Source: a bacterium
GTDB taxonomy: Bacteria > SZUA-79 > Acidulodesulfobacterales > Acidulodesulfobacteraceae
Assembly: GCA_021812245.1 (NCBI GenBank)
Contig: JAKAOK010000004.1
Location: 18,223-82,222, forward strand
Length of the DNA: 64,000 bases
Direction of reading: 5' to 3'
Below the pieces are notes generated by a model. The model saw nothing but the letters and a program-made list of their open reading frames with translations. It was not told the DNA's origin and did no database searches. A program made the position numbers and the translations under genes. Positions 27,485-36,768 of this stretch are shown one piece after another (within the stretch, counting starts at the first letter, position 1; each line of letters opens with the position of its first letter).

Positions 27485-28243
27485 TTATTTAGAATACAAG
27501 CCGACGTTTAAGCCGTCGAACCAGTTTAGAAACTTATCGACCATTTCCTTCCCTTTAAAAATCAAGCCGTGCTGAGGAGCTAAAATCTCTACGTCTAATT
27601 TCGACACTCTGTCTATCCATATTTTTTTTGGTTCGTTTGAAGGCATCCATCTCTTGTGAAAATATTCCATATATTTTATATGGCTGTCGAAATCCTGAAC
27701 GAAAACGTTCGGCTTTCTCTTGCCCTTTAATTCTTCTCTCGGAACCAGAGCCGCTCCGATATCTCCGGTAAAGAGTATCTTGGATATAGGGTCGTACAGA
27801 TTTAAGTTTCCCGGGGAATGCAGATAATGAGCCGGGATAATATCGAAAGCGTAATCTTTGGTCATATTCAACTTCATGCCTGCATCTTCTACCATAATCA
27901 TATTGTCCGGTCTTGCGCCGTAATGCGAAATAAACGTTGACCAGATTTTATCGATAATTATTTTTGAATCGGTAATGGAAAGCCATAAAGCTAGGGATGA
28001 AATAACATCGGGGTCCTGATGGGAAGAAAATATAAATTTTACGTCGGACATCCGCACTTCCCCCGCAAAAGCGGACGAAACAGAAGAAAACATCTCTATT
28101 CCGCCGGGATCCATTATGGTTGCTATTTTATCGTGAATCAGTAGATATTGATTCGTGTCTATTATATAATCGGGCCTGTCGGGGTCCTTGCCTATGTAAA
28201 CGAATTTATGATTGGGAGATTCGTATAAGACTTCTGATATCAT
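27485..28243 (-). CDS. MBL-fold di-iron protein, ODP-like (flavodiiron-type N-terminal domain without flavodoxin domain)
   Basis: 252 aa. Ligand-like pattern SHQDPD ... YLHSPGN ... TGDIG ... APQHG matches the spacing of the FDP di-iron site. Lies 18 nt downstream of a soluble MCP gene. Confidence 0.6.
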   Translation of the reverse strand: MISEVLYESPNHKFVYIGKDPDRPDYIIDTNQYLLIHDKIATIMDPGGIEMFSSVSSAFAGEVRMSDVKFIFSSHQDPDVISSLALWLSITDSKIIIDKIWSTFISHYGARPDNMIMVEDAGMKLNMTKDYAFDIIPAHYLHSPGNLNLYDPISKILFTGDIGAALVPREELKGKRKPNVFVQDFDSHIKYMEYFHKRWMPSNEPKKIWIDRVSKLDVEILAPQHGLIFKGKEMVDKFLNWFDGLNVGLYSK

Positions 28244-28261
28244 GGCTTAAAATACCTCCTC

Positions 28262-28978
28262 CTATACGCAGATATCGTTAACTTTATTGTCTATATTTTT
28301 TATGGTTTTCATGAGACCTTCGTTCATTTTGCTGTCTATTCTAAGCGTATCGTTGAGTTTCGCGCTGACCTTTCTTATCCCGAAAAGGACATTAGATATT
28401 TCCTTGGTAGAGCTTGACGATTTTTCCGACAGCTTCCTGACCTCGTCGGCGACGACGGCAAACCCCCTTCCAGCCTCTCCCGCCCTTGCGGCTTCGATTG
28501 CGGCATTTAACGCCAGCAAATTAATCTGGTCGGTAATAGAAACGATGGCGCTTAAAATCTCGTCCGTAAAAAGGGTTAGTTTATAAAGTTCGACCGAATC
28601 CTGATATGTTTTTTCTAAAGTCGAAAATGAGCTGGAATACATATGGCTTAAAGAATCAATGAAATTTTTAATGCCCGCCTTGGATTCCCTGCATTTTGCC
28701 GTAAATTCATTAAATTTCTCGTTGACCTTGGGCAGTTCCTCCGAATCGCTTGCACATGAATTTAAAAGATTTTCTTTGCTGCGGACATCCTCTTCGAGAG
28801 AATCTATTTTTAATTTTAGACCTTCGATTTCTTTTTTATAGTCGTCTATTGCCGACGAAATTTCGGAATCCTTTTTTTTCAAAGAAACTTCAATTTCGTT
28901 ATTTTTTGACTTAAGTTCGCTTATTTCTCTAATTAATTTTTGGTATTCGCTACCGGATAGGAATTTCATATACAGCAC
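28262..28978 (-). CDS. short soluble methyl-accepting chemotaxis protein (signalling domain only)
   Basis: No TM segment. Highly conserved MCP hairpin tip [34 protein letters not shown]. Coiled-coil N-terminal part. Confidence 0.75.
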   Translation of the reverse strand: MLYMKFLSGSEYQKLIREISELKSKNNEIEVSLKKKDSEISSAIDDYKKEIEGLKLKIDSLEEDVRSKENLLNSCASDSEELPKVNEKFNEFTAKCRESKAGIKNFIDSLSHMYSSSFSTLEKTYQDSVELYKLTLFTDEILSAIVSITDQINLLALNAAIEAARAGEAGRGFAVVADEVRKLSEKSSSSTKEISNVLFGIRKVSAKLNDTLRIDSKMNEGLMKTIKNIDNKVNDICV

Positions 28979-29098
28979 CTGTTAAATAATTTCATACACA
29001 TTTTTATTTATCGTTAATTTTATATTTTTATAAATAGGATTGCAACAAAAATTTCAATAAAAATTATTTCCTTATTATTTAATATTTTCTAACTATCT

Positions 29099-30853
29099 TT
29101 AACGATTATTTTTTGTTATTACCGCCTCTGCGCACCTGATTCCGTCTATGGCGCTCGTAATTATTCCGCCGGAATATCCGGAACCCTCTCCGCATGGGTA
29201 CAGACCTTTAACCGACATAGATTCGTAATCGGAATTTCTTTTAATTCTTACGGCAGACGAAGTTCCCGTTTCGAGTCCCGTTAAAACCGATTTTGCGGCA
29301 AATCCGTTAAATTTGCTTTCAAACTCGTTCAATGACCCCGCAATAGATAAATTTAAAAAATCCGGCAACAATTTAAAAAGATTAAAATATTTAACCGAGG
29401 GCTTGTACGACGGCGCAGGTATGCCGGGGGCGGAGGAATTTTTTACGCTCAGGCCGACACGGGCACCGGCGCATGCATTATAAACGTCTTTCATATAATC
29501 CGGCGTATATTGATAAGGGGCGGCGAAATTTCCTCCCCCTGCCTCATACGCTTTAAATTCTAAATCTTTTCTGAACTGCAGGGCTCCAGTTCCCAAAGAA
29601 TATCTGTCCGGGTCTATCCCGTCCAACATTTCCGGCCTGACCGCCCCAACGATTGCGCTGTTGGAATTTTCCATATCCCTGCCGGAATAGCTCATACCGT
29701 TAACACAGAGGAGATTTTCGCCGGAACTCGCATTGATAACGACGCCGCCGGGACACATGCAGAAAGAATATCCGCCGTATTTTTTAGATGATATATTGTA
29801 ATACACACCTTTTAGTTTTACGCCTTCTTTCCCGGCGTTTCCCCTGAAAAATAAACCGTCCGCAAAATCCCTTTTATGCTCTATTCTGAAGCCCGCCGCA
29901 AAAGGCTTTCTTTCCATAGCGACCCCTTTTCTCTCTAATAATTCATAGGTGTCGTAGCTGTTAGACCCCGAAGCTAAAATAACGGAGTCTGTTTTAAAAA
30001 TCCTCTTATCTGTCTTAGCCGAACATACCGACCCGCTTTCGTTAATCTCAAAATCCTTCAATTCTTCTTCAAAATAAATTTCGGCTCCGTTCTTAATTAA
30101 ATGTTCTCTTATTTCTTTCAATATATGAATCAGATTGTCGCTTCCGAGGTGAGGTTTGTGCTCCGTTAAAATATTCCTATCCGCTCCCATTTTTACTAAA
30201 AAATTTAAAACATAAAAAACGGCGGGATCGTTTTTTCTCGTCGTAAGTTTTCCGTCCGAAAATGTTCCGGCGCCGCCTTCCCCGAATACTACATTGCTTT
30301 TTTTGTCGAATATGGCGTTATCCAGCAAGTCCTTGACGTCTTTTATCCTGTCTTCTACCCGCTTTCCTTTTTCTATTAAAATAGGTTTTACGCCGTTTTT
30401 CAATAGATAGGCGGCGGCAAAAATTCCGGCGGGACCCATTCCGGTTATGAGGACTTTGGTTTTATTACGCTTCGCGATGTTTTTATTTTGAACTTCCGCG
30501 GACATCGAAATATCCGCTTCTTCAAGGTTAAACAATCTTTCTTCTTCATTATCCGCCTTTCTCGCTTTTACGCCGATTTTATCCAATAAACCTATAAAGC
30601 CGTCCTCCTGACCAGCAGCAGTATTAAATTTTATCAAGACTTTAAAAACCTTTTTTTGCTCTTTTTGCCTTAAATCCACCGATTTTTTCAAAATTTTTAC
30701 GTCAAAATTCCGGCCTGATTTTAAGAATTGTTCAAATTTATCCGGAGCATAATCATTCAAATAATCGATAAAATAATCTAAAAAAAGCTCTTCGTCTTCT
30801 TTGAATTTTTCCGCATCATTTACCGGAATTTTAAAATCGTAAACGATTATCAT
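29099..30853 (-). CDS. FAD-dependent oxidoreductase (COG2509-like uncharacterised dehydrogenase)
   Basis: Dinucleotide-binding GMGPAGIFAA, C-terminal GLYPCGEGSGYSGGIITSAIDG motif. Confidence 0.7.
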   Translation of the reverse strand: MIIVYDFKIPVNDAEKFKEDEELFLDYFIDYLNDYAPDKFEQFLKSGRNFDVKILKKSVDLRQKEQKKVFKVLIKFNTAAGQEDGFIGLLDKIGVKARKADNEEERLFNLEEADISMSAEVQNKNIAKRNKTKVLITGMGPAGIFAAAYLLKNGVKPILIEKGKRVEDRIKDVKDLLDNAIFDKKSNVVFGEGGAGTFSDGKLTTRKNDPAVFYVLNFLVKMGADRNILTEHKPHLGSDNLIHILKEIREHLIKNGAEIYFEEELKDFEINESGSVCSAKTDKRIFKTDSVILASGSNSYDTYELLERKGVAMERKPFAAGFRIEHKRDFADGLFFRGNAGKEGVKLKGVYYNISSKKYGGYSFCMCPGGVVINASSGENLLCVNGMSYSGRDMENSNSAIVGAVRPEMLDGIDPDRYSLGTGALQFRKDLEFKAYEAGGGNFAAPYQYTPDYMKDVYNACAGARVGLSVKNSSAPGIPAPSYKPSVKYFNLFKLLPDFLNLSIAGSLNEFESKFNGFAAKSVLTGLETGTSSAVRIKRNSDYESMSVKGLYPCGEGSGYSGGIITSAIDGIRCAEAVITKNNR

Positions 30854-30881
30854 AAAAATTTAATTAATTTAATCAGGTTAA

Positions 30882-31373
30882 TCAGGATGGATTTATTAAA
30901 GATATCGCGGATTCCTTGACTAATTCCTTTTCTGCCGCCTTAACGGTATTTTTAAGAGGGATTAAAAGAACGGGACATATCGAATTCTTTGAAACGGAAA
31001 AAGAGACCGACCCTGAAATGAATTCTTTAAAACCTATTCTCTGATGTGTCCCTAAGGCAATTATATCGATGCCTTTTTTTTTTGAAAAATTAATAATTTC
31101 TGCGGCCGGGACGCCCATAGAAATAAAAATTTCGTAATTCAGATAATACAGTCCCGCCTCTTTCAATTCCTTCTCGGCTAACCCATATGCTTCATCTGTT
31201 TTGGATTTTGCCGTCGATTTTTTATCTAAGAACGTAAATATATCTGAATAAATAACATGCAAAACGTAAAATTTTACAGGGGTATCCTTGAAAAATGAAG
31301 CCGCCTTAGACAATATTAAACCGGTTTCAAAATTCAAATCGATTGCTATCAGGACTTTTTTTTCTATTTCCAT
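30882..31373 (-). CDS. universal stress protein family
   Basis: USP fold pattern with C-terminal ALGTHQR...GSVS nucleotide-binding-like motif. Confidence 0.7.
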   Translation of the reverse strand: MEIEKKVLIAIDLNFETGLILSKAASFFKDTPVKFYVLHVIYSDIFTFLDKKSTAKSKTDEAYGLAEKELKEAGLYYLNYEIFISMGVPAAEIINFSKKKGIDIIALGTHQRIGFKEFISGSVSFSVSKNSICPVLLIPLKNTVKAAEKELVKESAISLINPS

Positions 31374-31423
31374 ATATATAATATTATCCGATTAAGCTTT
31401 TTTTTTCAAGACGGCTTCTGAAC

Positions 31424-31522
31424 CCCAAATCTCGATTTAGAAATTTTTATATATGAATTACCTGAATTACTCAATGACGGTATATTGGAATTTATTAAAT
31501 ATTTTCTAAATCGGGATTTGGG
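31424..31522. mobile_element. MITE-like element (99 bp), shortest copy
   Basis: Ends CCCAAATCTCGATTTAGAAAT ... TTCTAAATCGGGATTTGGG, TGAAC-type flanking repeat. Interior equals the 1840 copy with a deletion. Confidence 0.65.
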
Positions 31523-31627
31523 TTGAACCGAGTTCCTATTCTTCTATTTGATTGACTATCCTACTGCGCCTGTAATATAATATTGATGCAAAATAAACAA
31601 GTTAAATTTTAAATCTAAGGGGGCATT

Positions 31628-31882
31628 ATGTGCGAAGAACACCATGTCGACGAAATATTAAGCGAAGAGACGAGGAATCTTGAAATGGCAAGACAGTCGC
31701 TGATAGAAGAATTTCAAGCTATAAACTGGTATCAGGAAAGGATAGAATACACTAACGACGAAGAATTAAAACATATCCTTTCTCATAACAGGGACGAGGA
31801 AAAAGAACATGCGGCGATGCTTATGGAATATATAAGAAAACATGATAAAGTTCAGGACGATAAATTTCTGCATCACGATTAA
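31628..31882 (+). CDS. small ferritin-like protein (EncFtn-type, ExxH motifs)
   Basis: 84 aa. EEFQAINWYQERIEYTNDEELKHILSHNRDEEKEHAAMLMEYI resembles encapsulated-ferritin-type four-helix proteins. GGGGG RBS upstream. Confidence 0.5.
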   Translation: MCEEHHVDEILSEETRNLEMARQSLIEEFQAINWYQERIEYTNDEELKHILSHNRDEEKEHAAMLMEYIRKHDKVQDDKFLHHD

Positions 31883-31929
31883 GGCAAAATAATTCTTTTT
31901 AAAAACTATCGTTATATGTTATAATCGTT

Positions 31930-32035
31930 AAGGAGTAATCCGACGGTACGGTATCGAGATTGAAAACCCCGCCAGGTTCGAAAGAAAGCAACGGTATCGA
32001 TTCAAAGTACGCGTATTTAATCGGATTGCTCTTTC
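31930..32035 (+). ncRNA. ffs: small (4.5S-type) signal recognition particle RNA
   Basis: Domain IV signature CC-AGG-UUC-GAAA-GAA-AGCA-ACGG (GNRA tetraloop flanked by AGG/AGCA loop residues). Closing helix AGUAAUCCGA / UCGGAUUGCU. T-rich tail. Confidence 0.65.
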
Positions 32036-32134
32036 TTTATTTTATTCCTGAATTAAATTATTAATATTCAAAATTTTTCGTCTTTTATTCTTATTTTTTA
32101 CTAATATTAATATTTTTTAATTGGCTCTAAATCA

Positions 32135-34015
32135 TTGCAATACGATAATATAACGGGTTCCTATAATTCTAACGCCCTCTTGACCGGAAACGAAGCCATA
32201 GCGTCGGGAGCGCATAAAGCCGGCGTTTATATCGCCGTGGGCTATCCCGGAACCCCGAGTTCCGAAATCCTGCCGTTTCTCGCAAAATTCAAAAGCGCAA
32301 TCGTAAACTGGTCTATAAACGAAAAAACAGCTTTAGAAATTGCCGTCGGGGCATCCATAGGCTTTAAAAGGTCTATGTTTACGACAAAACACGTAGGTTT
32401 GAACGTTGCATCCGACCCGCTTATGACTCTTGCGATTACCGGCGTAAGAGGCGGCTTAGTTATAGTTACCGCCGACGACCCGGGTATGCACAGTTCCCAA
32501 AACGAACAGGACAACAGGCTGTATGCCAAATTCGCCAAAATTCCTATGTTGGAACCATCCGACAGCGAAGAATGTTTAAACTTTACGGCGGCGGCGTTCG
32601 ATATAAGCGAAAAATTAGATACGCCCGTTATTTTAAGAACGACTACAAGAATATCTCATTCCAGAAGCATAGTTTCTCAACCGGATATTCCAGGCGCCGC
32701 CGTCATTTTTAAACCGAATGCTTCCTATAGCGAACATTTAAATAAACCTTATATAAAAGATATAGGAAAATTTGTAATGGCCCCGGTTTATGCAAAAAAA
32801 AGACACAAAGCCGCAATAAAAAGACTTGAATATTTAACCGATTTTTCAAATAATTCCGGCATAAATAAAATCGAATACGGCAGTCCCGACTTCGGCATCG
32901 TTACAAGCGGAATTTCATATCAGTATGCTAAAGAAATTGCGCCGTCCGCCTCTTTTTTGAAACTTTCTTTTTCTTATCCCGTCCCCAATATTCTCATTAA
33001 AGAATTTGTCAAAAATATTAAAAACGTCGTTATAATCGAAGAATTAGAACCTTTCATTCAGAACGAAATTTCTTCCCTAGGCATAAATTTAAAAGGAAAA
33101 GAATATTTTCCGCGCGACGGCGAGCTTAACCCTGACATGGTAGAACGGGGTTTAGGAGAAGCGGGGGGTTTTATTGCCTACGAAAGCCGGAGCCATTCTA
33201 AAAATAATAAACCCGGTTTCGACGACCCTGGGAATATTCTGGAAACCCTCCAGCCGAGACTGCCTGCCTTATGCAGCGGATGCCCACATACCGCTGTATT
33301 TTACGCGCTTAAAAAATTAAGAGTTCCTGTTATGGGCGATATAGGATGCTATACACTTGGGGCATTGCCCCCGCTTAACGCTATGGATACCTGCATATCT
33401 ATGGGTCTGGCATTCGGAGCGGCACAGGGATTATCCTTGACAAAATCTTCATCCAAAAAAACAGTCGGAATTATGGGAGATTCGACTTTTTTCCATTCCG
33501 GCATCACGTCGCTTATAGACGCTAAATACAACAACATAAGTTTTACGGCGATTATTTTAGACAATGCAACAACCGCTATGACCGGCGGGCAAGACCACCC
33601 CGGAACAGGCAGAAACCTATCTCTTAACCAATCCGTTTCAAATAAAATAGATATAAAAAAAATTATAGAAGGAATCGGGATAAACGAAATTTATACGATA
33701 GACCCGTACGATTATAACAAAACCTTTAAAATTTTAAAAAAAGCGCTCGAATCGGAAAACCTGAACGTCGTTATCACTAACAGGCCGTGCGTCCTGTACC
33801 CTAAAAAATTGGATTGCGGAAAAAAGTTCGAGGTTCTTAAAGGATGCCCCGGGTGCGACTTATGCATGCAGATAGGATGCCCTTCTATTTTAACCTCCTC
33901 CTTTTTTAATCCTTCCGGCAACAAAAGGATTCCCTTTATCGATGCCTCGTGTACCGGCTGTTCTATATGCAAAGACATATGCATATTTAATTTTATAGAT
34001 GAAATAAAGAAATAA
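32135..34015 (+). CDS. iorA: indolepyruvate:ferredoxin oxidoreductase subunit alpha
   Basis: LLTGNEAIASGA start region, TPP motif GDSTFFHSG, C-terminal Cys clusters (CPGCDLC, CTGCSICKDIC). The track start is TTG and the true start is uncertain. Confidence 0.85.
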   Translation: MQYDNITGSYNSNALLTGNEAIASGAHKAGVYIAVGYPGTPSSEILPFLAKFKSAIVNWSINEKTALEIAVGASIGFKRSMFTTKHVGLNVASDPLMTLAITGVRGGLVIVTADDPGMHSSQNEQDNRLYAKFAKIPMLEPSDSEECLNFTAAAFDISEKLDTPVILRTTTRISHSRSIVSQPDIPGAAVIFKPNASYSEHLNKPYIKDIGKFVMAPVYAKKRHKAAIKRLEYLTDFSNNSGINKIEYGSPDFGIVTSGISYQYAKEIAPSASFLKLSFSYPVPNILIKEFVKNIKNVVIIEELEPFIQNEISSLGINLKGKEYFPRDGELNPDMVERGLGEAGGFIAYESRSHSKNNKPGFDDPGNILETLQPRLPALCSGCPHTAVFYALKKLRVPVMGDIGCYTLGALPPLNAMDTCISMGLAFGAAQGLSLTKSSSKKTVGIMGDSTFFHSGITSLIDAKYNNISFTAIILDNATTAMTGGQDHPGTGRNLSLNQSVSNKIDIKKIIEGIGINEIYTIDPYDYNKTFKILKKALESENLNVVITNRPCVLYPKKLDCGKKFEVLKGCPGCDLCMQIGCPSILTSSFFNPSGNKRIPFIDASCTGCSICKDICIFNFIDEIKK

Positions 34016-34041
34016 TATAAATACAAATAAAAACGGGCAAA

Positions 34042-34671
34042 ATGGACGATTTAATTCAAAATATTTTAATATGCGGCATAGGAGGTCAAGGTGTAGTTCT
34101 TGCAGGTAAAATTGTCAGCCTTGCCGCATTTGAAAGCGGTCTGGATATTAAAACGTCGGAAGTTCACGGAATGTCCCAGAGAGGCGGCTCGGTATCGACT
34201 CATATAAGATACGGAAAGAAAATTTTCTCTCCGCTGATACCCGAAAACAGAGCAACCGCAATTCTTTCTTTCGATATTTACGAAACCGCAAGATATATAC
34301 GTTCCTTTGCAAACGAAAAAACAATAATAATATCGTCGAACCAGGGAAAAATTCCTTCGTGGACGTCTAAGAATAAAAATGATAAAATTGAAGAAAACGG
34401 AAACGGATTCATAGATGCGGATGCCGTTGCCGGATTGTTAAAAGCTAATTTTAAATTTTTAAATCTTATAGACGATAAAAAAATAGCCGAAGATTTAGGA
34501 AATATCAAAGTTTCCAATATAATTTTGATAGGAATACTGTCCGGTTTTACCGGGATTAAAAAAGAAATATGGTTGAAAGCCATAGAAAAAAATATTCCCC
34601 AAAAAACGGCGGATTTAAATATTAAAGCATTTTTGACCGGCAGAAACTATTATGAAAATAAAATATTTTGA
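34042..34671 (+). CDS. iorB: indolepyruvate oxidoreductase subunit beta
   Basis: ICGIGGQGVVLAGK and HGMSQRGGSV motifs. Immediately follows iorA. Confidence 0.8.
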   Translation: MDDLIQNILICGIGGQGVVLAGKIVSLAAFESGLDIKTSEVHGMSQRGGSVSTHIRYGKKIFSPLIPENRATAILSFDIYETARYIRSFANEKTIIISSNQGKIPSWTSKNKNDKIEENGNGFIDADAVAGLLKANFKFLNLIDDKKIAEDLGNIKVSNIILIGILSGFTGIKKEIWLKAIEKNIPQKTADLNIKAFLTGRNYYENKIF

Positions 34672-35974
34672 AAAAAAGCTGGAAACTATCAATGCTTCGG
34701 AGCTTAAAACGCTTCAAGCGGACAGGCTTAAAAAAACGCTGAAACAGATTTTTACGGCCGGCGGTTTTTTAAAAAATAAGTTGAACGAAGCCGGCGTAAA
34801 AAATCTAAAAGACGCCGAAAAAATTAAAACCGCCGGAGATATTAGAAATTTTCCTTTTATATCCAAGATAGATATGGTAAACAACTACCCCTTCGGTTTG
34901 TTTTCCAGTCCGTTAAATGATGTAATCCGGATTCACGCATCCTCCGGCACTACAGGAAAACCTATCATAGCCGGCTACACTAAACGGGACGTAAAAATCT
35001 GGTCGGAACTTATGGCGAGGGTTTTTTGCGCCGCGGGCATAGGCAAAAATGATATAGGACAAAATGCTTACGGATACGGACTTTTTACGGGAGGATTAGG
35101 GTTTCATTACGGAGCCGAAAAGCTGGGTATGACTATTATTCCTATGTCAACCGGCTTTACCGAAAGGCAGTTGACCATGATGCAGGATATCGGCGCAACG
35201 GTTCTTTTTTGCACCCCTTCATACGCCCTATTTTTATCGGAGGAAATAAATAAAAATATACGGGACAGGTCTAAACTTAAACTAAAAAAAGGCATATTCG
35301 GAGCAGAACCATGGTCGAACGAACTCAGAAAAACAATTGAAAAATCTCTGAATATCGACGCTTACGATATTTACGGATTAAGCGAAATTATTGGTCCCGG
35401 CGTGGCATTCGAATGCGTGTATAAAAACGGGCTTCACATAAACGAAGATAATTTTCTTCCGGAAATAATAAACCCAAAAACGGGAGAAGTCCTTAAAGAC
35501 GGCGAAACCGGAGAACTGGTTATAACGAGCCTCAACAGGGAAGCTATGCCTCTTATAAGATTCAGGACTAAAGACATAACAAAACTTACGCGCGAAAAAT
35601 GCCTCTGCGGCAGAACATTCGTAAGAATGGATAAAATAAAAGGCAGAACCGACGATATGATAATCTTGAAAGGCGTAAACGTATTTCCTTCTCAGATTGA
35701 ATCGGTTCTGTTCCGCTATGAATATTTGGAACCGGTTTATTTAATAGAACTATATACCGATAACCTTCTTGACAAAATAAACATTGTTATAGAGCCCAAA
35801 GAAGAAATCTTCAATAAAGGGGAAAACAAAATTAACGAAATAACAAACGAAATATCCCACAAAATATATGAGCTGATAGGAATACGCGCCAAAATAACCC
35901 CCGTGCCTCCAAAAACATTAGAAAGAAGCCAGGGAAAAGCAAAAAGAATTAACGACCTTAGAAAGAAAATTTAG
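34652..35974 (+). CDS. paaK: phenylacetate--CoA ligase
   Basis: SSGTTGKP AMP-binding motif, 440 aa PaaK-type length, classic iorAB neighbour. Confidence 0.85.
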   Translation: MKIKYFEKKLETINASELKTLQADRLKKTLKQIFTAGGFLKNKLNEAGVKNLKDAEKIKTAGDIRNFPFISKIDMVNNYPFGLFSSPLNDVIRIHASSGTTGKPIIAGYTKRDVKIWSELMARVFCAAGIGKNDIGQNAYGYGLFTGGLGFHYGAEKLGMTIIPMSTGFTERQLTMMQDIGATVLFCTPSYALFLSEEINKNIRDRSKLKLKKGIFGAEPWSNELRKTIEKSLNIDAYDIYGLSEIIGPGVAFECVYKNGLHINEDNFLPEIINPKTGEVLKDGETGELVITSLNREAMPLIRFRTKDITKLTREKCLCGRTFVRMDKIKGRTDDMIILKGVNVFPSQIESVLFRYEYLEPVYLIELYTDNLLDKINIVIEPKEEIFNKGENKINEITNEISHKIYELIGIRAKITPVPPKTLERSQGKAKRINDLRKKI

Positions 35975-36006
35975 CAGCCTGCGGTAATCCAGACCTGTTT
36001 ACTTAA

Positions 36007-36768
36007 TTAATGCCCTGCGGTAATCTTTTCTATAAGTTCGCTTAACGCCGCAACGTCCACAAGAGTGTCTCTGCAGGGACCGTTAGGTCTGATGTTCGGA
36101 AGGCCGTAAACCGGAAGCGGAAAACTGTCTATAACGCCTGAGCTTAAATCTCTTTCGCATGCTACGGCTATAACTGCTTTAGGTCTTTTTTCTTCAAGAA
36201 CCCTTCTCGCAAGAGTACCGCCGGTTGCCACGGCTATAAATATTCCTTTTTTATCCGACAATATTGCAAGCTCTTTTATATTGCATTTTCCGCAGTTAAG
36301 ACAGTTATGAATATCGTCGGTAATCTTTGCCTTGCAGTTATGAAGCTGTAAACAATGCGGAAGGAGAATTAATATCCTGTCTAAAGTTATCCTTTTGTTT
36401 AAAGAAAAAAGGAGGAAATTATTTATATCTATGAAAGAGCTCTGCATCTTATCCCTGTTTATCCTAAAAATAGATGTTATAAAAAAAGCCAACGGGTATA
36501 AAATTTTTACAAGTATATATCTGGCCGGGTAAATCAGAACCGATTTATTTTTTTTATTTTGCTTTCCAGCAAGCCCCAGAAAAAAAATGAAAATAACGAA
36601 TAATAAAACCGCGTCTAAAAACAAAAATATATACATCGGCAGGTCTGGACTGAGTTTTTCCAGTCCTCCGGATATAATCCAGAAAAGAAACGACGATACC
36701 GCCAAAATCACTAAAATAGACGCCGATACTATTTTTAAAAAATATATATGCTCTTTTTTTAGCGGCAT
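36007..36768 (-). CDS. DUF116-family membrane protein
   Basis: N-terminal TM helices, CxxCxxC (CLNCGKC), Rossmann-like C-terminus. Overlaps the fmt stop. Confidence 0.55.
   Translation of the reverse strand: MPLKKEHIYFLKIVSASILVILAVSSFLFWIISGGLEKLSPDLPMYIFLFLDAVLLFVIFIFFLGLAGKQNKKNKSVLIYPARYILVKILYPLAFFITSIFRINRDKMQSSFIDINNFLLFSLNKRITLDRILILLPHCLQLHNCKAKITDDIHNCLNCGKCNIKELAILSDKKGIFIAVATGGTLARRVLEEKRPKAVIAVACERDLSSGVIDSFPLPVYGLPNIRPNGPCRDTLVDVAALSELIEKITAGH

Noticed and set aside
32135-32185. Unusual TTG start of iorA as a regulatory oddity
   Set aside because: This is probably just uncertainty in start-codon choice. The conserved N-terminal LLTGNEA motif begins about 15 codons in, and no convincing RBS was seen for any candidate, so nothing can be concluded from sequence alone.
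31424-34015. Encapsulin nanocompartment operon around the ferritin-like gene
   Set aside because: No HK97-fold shell gene lies on either side. The neighbours are a MITE, a USP, the SRP RNA and iorA.
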